Positions 56,191 through 64,000 of a DNA stretch of 64,000 nucleotides are shown here, in pieces. Both the position numbers and the translations under genes were made by a program. Below the pieces are notes generated by a model, which saw nothing but the letters and a program-made list of their open reading frames with translations, was not told where the DNA came from and did not search any database. The stretch is from Eledone cirrhosa. Lineage: Eukaryota. Each line of letters starts with the position of its first letter. Positions within the stretch are counted from its first letter, which is position 1. The stretch spans positions 15,438,001 through 15,502,000 of the forward strand of contig OZ024756.1 in the NCBI GenBank assembly GCA_964016885.1, read 5' to 3'.

Positions 56191-56704
56191 TGGGAGAGGT
56201 GGAGAGAAGGGTAAGAGCGAGAAAGAGGGGAGAGAGAGAGGAGAGAGTGTGAGAGGTGGAGAGAGAGAGAGGTGAGAATGGGAGAGAAAGAGAGAGTTGA
56301 GAGTGTGAGAGTGGTGAAAGTGAGAGAGGGGGCGAGGTGAGAGAGAGTGTTGAGAGTGACAGGTGGGAGAGGGGGCTGTGGTGAGAGTGGGCGAGGTGGA
56401 GAGAGAGAGGTGAGAATGGGAGAGTGAGACAGAGAGGGTGTGTTGAGAATGAGAAATAATGGTGAAAGTGAGAGAGAAAGAGAGAGAGTTGAGAGTGAGA
56501 GAGAGAGTAGTGTTAAGAGAAAGAGAGAGAAAGAGAGAGAAAGATGGGGAGGTGGGTTAATGATGATAGAAAGATGGTGCTGATGATGAGGGAGGGAGAA
56601 GCTTTTGTTGGGAGAGAGGGAGAGAGAGAGATGGCGCTGGGGTGAAAGAGAGAAAAGGAATGATAGGAATACAGAGGGTAGGGAGGGAGAGAAAGAGAGA
56701 GAGA

Positions 56705-57125
56705 GAGGCAGGACAAGGCAGTTAGAGGGAGAGAGAGGGGGAGGCAGACAAGGTAGTTAGGGGGAGAGAGAGGGGGGAGGCAGGACAAGGTAGTTAGAGG
56801 GAGTGAGAGAGGGGGAGGCAGGACAAGGTAGTTAGGGGGAGAGGGAGAGGGGGAGGCAGGACAAGGTAGTTAGGGGGGCAGGACAAGGTAGTTAGAGGGA
56901 GTGAGAGAGGGGGTGGCAGGACAAGGTAGTTAGGGGGAGAGAGGGGGGAGGCAGGACAAGGTAGTTAGAGGGAGTGAGAGAGGGGGGAGGCAGGAAAGGT
57001 AGTTAGAGGGAGTGAGAGAGGGGGTCAGGACAAGATAGTTAGAGGGAGAGAGAGGGGGAGGCAGGACAAGGTAGTTAGAGGGAGAGAGAAGGGGAGGCAG
57101 GACAAGGTAGTTAGAGGGAGAGAGA
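56705..57125. repeat. ~37-bp purine-rich minisatellite (GGCAGGACAAGGTAGTTAG...)
   Basis: About 12 units. Confidence 0.9.
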
Positions 57126-57283
57126 GAGAGAAATCTGTTGGAAAATATATGAATGGACCTTTTTTATTTTATTTTTATTCTCAATAATCTCTATATTCAA
57201 CTATAAAAGGAAGTGAATAAAACAAGAACTTCCGGTCAATAGAGAAATTTTAAAGCAATATGAATATATATATGTGGGGGGGG

Positions 57284-57341
<58 letters not shown>

Positions 57342-57342
57342 C

Positions 57343-57441
<99 letters not shown>

Positions 57442-58047
57442 CGTGCGTGTGTGTGGGGGGGGGGCGTGTGTGTGTTTGTGTGTGTGTGTGTGTTCGACAG
57501 AAATGTTGAATTTTAATATAATATTCTATAAAATCCAGCGGTTGGGGGTTCGGGTGTGGGGAGAAGAAACAATCCTGTGAAAATAGAATAAATATATAAC
57601 TTGGAATGTTTTGATGAATTCTGTAGTAAATATGAATACTTCTTCCGGTTTGGGAGGAAAGAAGAAATAAAAACAATAAATTAAAAAATAAATAATAAAT
57701 TGATTCCCTGAATTGTGTGAAATTACGACAAAAGAAATAATTTTTCTTCAATAAATGAAACTGAGAAAATAAACGCTAAAAGACATTTTGTGTGGACAGT
57801 TGTCCTGCATCTTACGCGGTTTTGAATATACGCGATCGGAAAATCTTTTTTTTTAATTCAAAAAACAAAAAAAGCTACTATTCCGCACGGAACCGCATCA
57901 CTTAATGTAATGGAGTAAACTCTTTCACTTATTTTCCTGAGTTTCCTCAATTTCCAAGAAGTAGTTCCAAGCTGGTGTATGAAAAAATTATAGGACATAC
58001 AAAATTTCCACATAGAAAATACGAAACACTTACGCACACATAAATGT

Positions 58048-58108
<61 letters not shown>

Positions 58109-59596
58109 CATGTGTGGGGGGTGAAATAATGTGCCTTGAAAGGTGTATATATATTAAATACTCGGATCTCTGGATGAAACAAACAAATAAATAATAATAA
58201 TTTTTTTTTTCTATTATTATTATTATTATCTTTAGAGAAAAAAATGAAATGTTGTGGGTGTATCTTTTGTGTTAGGTATATAAAATTGTCGGCGATAAAA
58301 TTAATGAAATGAAACAGACAAAATAATAATCGCAAATAAAATTGTAAATAAAATGAAACTGGAAATTTTTGTTTTTTAAATTGCCTTTATATTTAATAAA
58401 TGGCTGATCGGGGAAAAAACTGCTGTAACAATTGCAGTCAAGATCATAAATATTTTAACAAAGAAATCTTTCGGATTTTGGCGACATCAAACCAACGCTA
58501 CCATAGCAAACAAAGACGGGTCTATTGTTCTAATTCCTTAAATATTTTGACAAGAGATACTTCGCCCGAAATATATCAAGGACCAATAAAATATTTTCAA
58601 GATAACATTTCAACACCTTTGTTATTGGTATTTTTAATATTTAAATGTTCTACATACATTGCTGTAATCTTCTGAAGGAAACTGCTTTCGATCATTCTTT
58701 TATAGTCATGTAAAATTATTTTATTGTCGAAAGATCCGTCTATTTCAATTTCATTTTATTGTCGACCACCTAAAACGAAAGATCACATGGAATGAAATTA
58801 TGAAATACAATGTGTATATTTTGGAGTACATCATCCATCAGCAGTGAATATCATACAAACCTCCGGATAAAACCTGAATTTTGACGAACAAGACAATAAA
58901 CTGAAATAAAATAAAACACTTGATATGTTGATATAATGAGACACTGAATGTAAGGAACCGGAAGTATCTACCTTCTGACACGACCGTCAATTTCAATGAA
59001 GTGTCACTAATGACATCAAACCTATATGCTAAACATTGCTTGTATTTATTCTGTTCAAAAACATTTTTTTAAATAAAATTCGACAATGACGAAATAATAA
59101 CTTGGTCTTCCTATAATTCAATCAAAGATACGAAAGACAATAAAGAGCAAGGGAGTCAATCGTCAGATAAAACCAATGAAACAATGTTTCTATTGGTCTT
59201 TCTTTCCTTATTTGATATTGTCTGCTGGTCGCAACTCCTGGCAGAGGAAGGAGGTATTTGAACGTTTTTAAAAAGGCAACAACAAAACTAATACTTCCCT
59301 GAATAATTTCATAGCTAAAATATAAGATATGAAATATAGGATGTGAAATATAAGATATGAAATATAGGATGTGAAATATAGGATGTAAAATATAAGATAT
59401 GAAATATAAAATTCTATATTTAATGTAGTTTTTTTTTATAACAAAATAAATGTTTCCTTTAAAACAATAAAAAAAACAAATAGCAAATTTCGAGCCAAAC
59501 TTTATTTTCTTATCATTTTGTATCGCAATTTGTGAAGAATAACGTCTTTGATTACACATTTTCCACGCGTGTACACACGCATGCGTATATGCACGC

Positions 59597-59645
<49 letters not shown>

Positions 59646-59742
59646 TTAGTTGTACACTCCCGTATATTTTCACTTCATCCCAGAAATCAGAAAGGGGTTC
59701 CTTTAATTATTCTTATTGAGAACACCCTTCTGTTCTATTTAC

Positions 59743-59876
59743 TGACACCTCGGGCAAGGGGACACACTATTTAGTGACACCTCGGGCAAAAGGACACACT
59801 ATTTAGTGACGCCTTGGGATAGGGGACACACAATTTAATGACACCTCGGGATAGGGGGACACATTATTTAGTGACA
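59743..59876. repeat. 32-bp tandem repeat, ~4 units
   Basis: TGACACCTCGGGCAAGGGGACACACTATTTAG variants. Confidence 0.85.
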
Positions 59877-60528
59877 TACCACTTCCACCCCACCTTCTCT
59901 GATTTGATTCATCCTATGTACAAGACATGCCTCTGACCAGCGACGGTAAAATAAAACTATTGCTATTACATGGGCGGTGGGACTGGGGGGGGGGGGGCTA
60001 TGGTCGCATCCCCCTCCCCAATAATTATATTTCTCCCCCCAAAACTACCAAAACACACATCTATTTGTATATACGCTACAATTTATGTACATGTTATGTT
60101 TATTACATATCGAAGTTGTTTTATATCTTCGTTGATATTTGATAACCGCCAAACTAATCACTACAACTAAATTGACCAAATTTTCCCCCTTTCCCCAATT
60201 CAGAAATCCCCCCCCCCCCCCTGTTTTAACGTCATTTACAAATATTTCCGTTCAGCAAAATACATTGGAAACAATTGTTGTTACTGTATCCAACCGTGCC
60301 ACACCAAACAGATTCTTCACACTTCTGTTATCATTAATGTTTTCTTTCAAAAATTGTAAAATATTCTTGTGTATTTCCAGTTTTATTTAATTTTATTTTT
60401 TTTTATAATAATCGCATCTTTTTATTCACAGTTGTATAAAAAATATGATATGATGCTTAGAAAACGAAAACACAAACAAATATAATAAATAAAAAGGAAA
60501 AGGAAAAGAAAAAAAAGAAAGAGAAAAA

Positions 60529-60971
60529 ACACACAAGCAGGTCATACACACATCTAGGAGCACATACAACACACTAGCAGGTAATACACACATCTACGAC
60601 CACATACAACACACAAGCAGGTAATACACACATCTAGGACCACATACAACACACAAGCAGGTAATACACACATCTAGGACCACATACAACACACAAGCAG
60701 GTAATACACACATCTACGACCACATACAACACACAAGCAGGTAATACACACATCTACGACCACATACAACACACAAGCAGGTAATACACACATCTACGAC
60801 CACATACAACACACAAGCAGGTAATACACACATCTACGACCACATACAACACACAAGCAGGTAATACACACATCTAGGACCACATACAACACACAAGCAG
60901 GTAATACACACATCTACGACCACATACAACACACAAGCAGGTAATACACACATCTACGACCACATACAACA
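60529..60971. repeat. 40-bp minisatellite, ~11 units
   Basis: ACACACAAGCAGGTAATACACACATCTACGACCACATACA. Confidence 0.95.
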
Positions 60972-61355
60972 AAAGGCAGGCGAAAGGAGTGGACAAACGA
61001 GCCGCTACCAGAGCAAAAGATAACAATATCCCGTGAAATCTTGTGCTAGCAGCCGCTAAAAATGTCTGTTCTTTTATTAATAATAGATTTCGTATTACCA
61101 ATAATATGAAGAATTTTGGTATTACAGAGATTACAATTTTTATAAATAGAAGAATTTACATATGGTAGGGCGTTACCAGCTTATACCAAGATAGGGAGTA
61201 ATCTATGTTTTTGTTTTTTAGAGACCATATTAATTGAGATCGGGAAGTTGAGAATTTCTTATCCATTCTTCGAAATGTATGCGTATGGTTATATCGTCTT
61301 TCCTTAAATTTAGAAGAAGTAGCGCCTATATAGTTATACGATGTATAAACACACG

Positions 61356-61491
<136 letters not shown>

Positions 61492-61552
61492 TTGTATGTT
61501 TTTATTTGTATGTTTATTTGTATGTTTATATATATATACATATATATATATA

Positions 61553-62130
61553 CTAGCTGAATGACCCGGCGTTGCCCGGGTTGCTGCTATTCTTTTTCAG
61601 ATTAGTAAACAATAGTTATGAAGATTTTTTTTCTCCTAATTATTTTAATATATCTATATTTTATAAAGAAAAATTGTAATGATAATAGAATTTAGAGATG
61701 AAAATCTGTCAATCTTGAAGCACCTCAAGGTAAACAATATTCATTGTGTAATTTTTTGTTGGTGTCCAAATGTATAAAGTGTCCCTGCTTCCAACTCGTG
61801 AGCAACCCTCATAGAGTTGTCCGTGGGAGAAACATGTAATAGAGAGATCAAGTCCAACTACCTTGAGGGATTGACCCTGAGATTTGTTAATTGAAATAAC
61901 AAAACTTAGTTTGACTGGAAACTGAAGCCTCTTAAATTCAAATGGAACAGCTATAGGTATGAGAGGAATATTTAGAATAAAACGGGTTTTTTTTCAATGT
62001 TGTAAACAAATAAGTATCAACATACAAAAGAAATATATATTAATTATTATTTTTGTATGCAGTGTAAATTAACCAAATATAAGCAAATGTATTAACTGCT
62101 AATTTAACGGTATGAGAATATAAATATAAA
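61553..62130 (-). mobile_element. Non-autonomous Helitron-like element (3' end at 61553; other boundary uncertain)
   Basis: The minus strand reads a CCCGG-GCAACG-CCGGG hairpin, 8 nt, then CTAG|T. Confidence 0.65.
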
Positions 62131-62304
62131 CGAACAGGCACACATACACTCACACAAACATACACTTATAAAAACACAGACACAGACATACATTCATACA
62201 AACACACACACAGTTTCACCAACGAACAGACACACATACACTCACGCATACACTCACACAAACTCATAAAAAACACACAGACATACATGCATACAAACAC
62301 ACAC

Positions 62305-64000
62305 ATGTGCCAAGTTGCAAACCAACAGACTTGTTTGGCTTTAGTCTTGCTCCTGTCAACGTTTCGTATTCCTGTAATAGGTTGCCGATTACCCCGATTT
62401 CCGAGGTTTTCGACACCATTACTGTCACGTCGTCGGCATTGGTCGACGCTGCTTTCCGCAGTCCTGGTTCGATCAGGATGCCCTGCCACAACTCCAACTT
62501 CCGCATTAATGGCTCGAGAGTCAGTACATACCAGAATTGAGGAGAGAGGACATCCCTGTCGGATGGAACGCATGATTTGGAATGGCTCCGATAGGCAGCC
62601 ATTCACCTTGACTGCCGAGCAGATGCTGGTGTGCATGGCAGCGATCCAGCCTCTGAAGACAGGACCGAAGCCGGCCGCCTTGAGAACCGCTTCCAAGTAT
62701 TGATGGTCGACTCTATCAAATGCCTTAGACTGATCTAAATTGATCAGAGCCCCACCGAAGCCAGGTTTACACCCAACCCTCTCTATGATGTATCGCATGA
62801 AGTGGAGGTTGTCGTGTATGGATCTGGTCGGGATTGCACAAGTTTACGCTTCCCCTACCAGGTTCTCGACGACAAGCACCAGCCTCGTTTCTAACACCTT
62901 GGCCCAAATCATTAACTCTGTGTTGAGCAGAGTTATGGGCCTGAAATTGCTTATCTCATCCCTTTGTTCTCATCTTTCCTGATAAGCATTACTACGCCTC
63001 TGCCTACAGAACTAGGAATCCTCCCGTTCTGCTGCCGTTTGCAGTAGACTGCTTCGAGGACGCCAGAGAACAAGTCTGGCATGCCTATGTAAAACTCATA
63101 GGGTACACCATCTAAACCGGGTGATTTGCGTTTCCCACAGCGGCCTAGAGCATCTTCTATTTCGCCCGCTGTGATCGGCCTTTCGCAGCTCTCTGCATCC
63201 GTGCTCGAGAGTCGTGGTAGGCCGTCGAGGTAGGAACTGAAATCCATCACCTCGCTCGACGTACCGCTTTGCCTGAACAGTTGTGCAAAGTGCTGCTGGA
63301 AGGCCGTGTACATCTATTTGGATTCAAGTAGAATGCGTCCATCTTTGTCTTGCAAAGACCGAATTATGGATTTGTTGCTAATTTTCGCCTCTGCCACTCG
63401 GGCCCAGCTAATAGCTTTGGCTCCCTCGTTTCTTAGAGCACGTGTTCTACTTCTGACAATACAACCTTCGTGTTTCACGTTGACGAACTGATCTAGTCCT
63501 GTTCTCGCCGCTAACACGTTAGCTGTACAGCCATTCCTAAGTGCCTCTTCTACTTTAGCTACCAGTTCCTTTTCAGTTTTGTTTTTTCCTAAAGCTGCTT
63601 CCTTGCTAAATGCTATCGATTCTATTCTAATTGCTCTCTTGAGAGAGCTCCACCACATGTTGTTGACGACGGCCCCCGTCAGCTGGCTCTTAACTAAGGT
63701 GCTAATCCGTTTACTGTAGGCCTTACGCACCGGGAGCGACATGTTTAGCTTCCAGTATCCGGGTCCCTGACTATGAGTTCTATCAAGGTTGACTATGCAG
63801 GTGACTAATTTGTGATATGAATAGGAAACCATGTGCATTTGTCGACAGCTTAATGTTTCCTTATCCTTCTGTCCAATTAGAAATCTATCTAAATACGATC
63901 TAGAAGACCCAGTGTGGTCGCTCCATGTCCACAATGGTGCACACGGGAAGTCTAGTCGATATCTATCAGCCAGCTGGAATTGGGTGATGAGATTTTTTAG
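62305..64000 (-). mobile_element. Disrupted Tx1/L1-clade LINE (APE and RT), runs off the window
   Basis: WTWSDHTGSSRSYLDRFLI, GPGYWKLN, LDQSKAFDRVDH, QGCPLS, NADDVT; highly similar to 47291-48868 in inverted orientation. Confidence 0.95.

Noticed and set aside
57224-58970. Three ETS-like CCGGAAG motifs downstream of Barx
   Set aside because: Short motifs spread over 1.7 kb with no other promoter evidence.

Overview
Eukaryotic (animal) genomic DNA, extremely rich in (TA)n/(CA)n/(GATA)n/(GGT)n microsatellites. The SINE repertoire looks like that of an octopus or other coleoid cephalopod (inference from recalled repeat motifs, not a database result). One host gene is recognisable: a Barx-class homeobox gene on +, with exons 52818-53125 and 55333-55497; its first exon was not found. 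The rest is repeats: Tx1/L1-like LINE copies sitting in (TATC)n, RTE fragments, several SINE families, Helitron ends, a MITE with an 8-bp TSD, a decayed Penelope-like (RT + GIY-YIG) element in the Barx intron, and many minisatellites. The most interesting signal is a large set of small non-coding elements inserted in (TA)n tracts. They carry minimal type I hammerhead ribozyme motifs (CUGANGA...GAAA-palindrome-UH). They include a 310-bp tandem retrozyme-like array, a 533-bp monomer whose terminal redundancy starts at the predicted cleavage site, and many fold-back copies that invert at ribozyme helix II or at the cleavage site. Several unrelated families share a TRTYGAGTRC-like motif about 40-65 nt from their 3' ends. 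All folds were done by eye; activity is untested.
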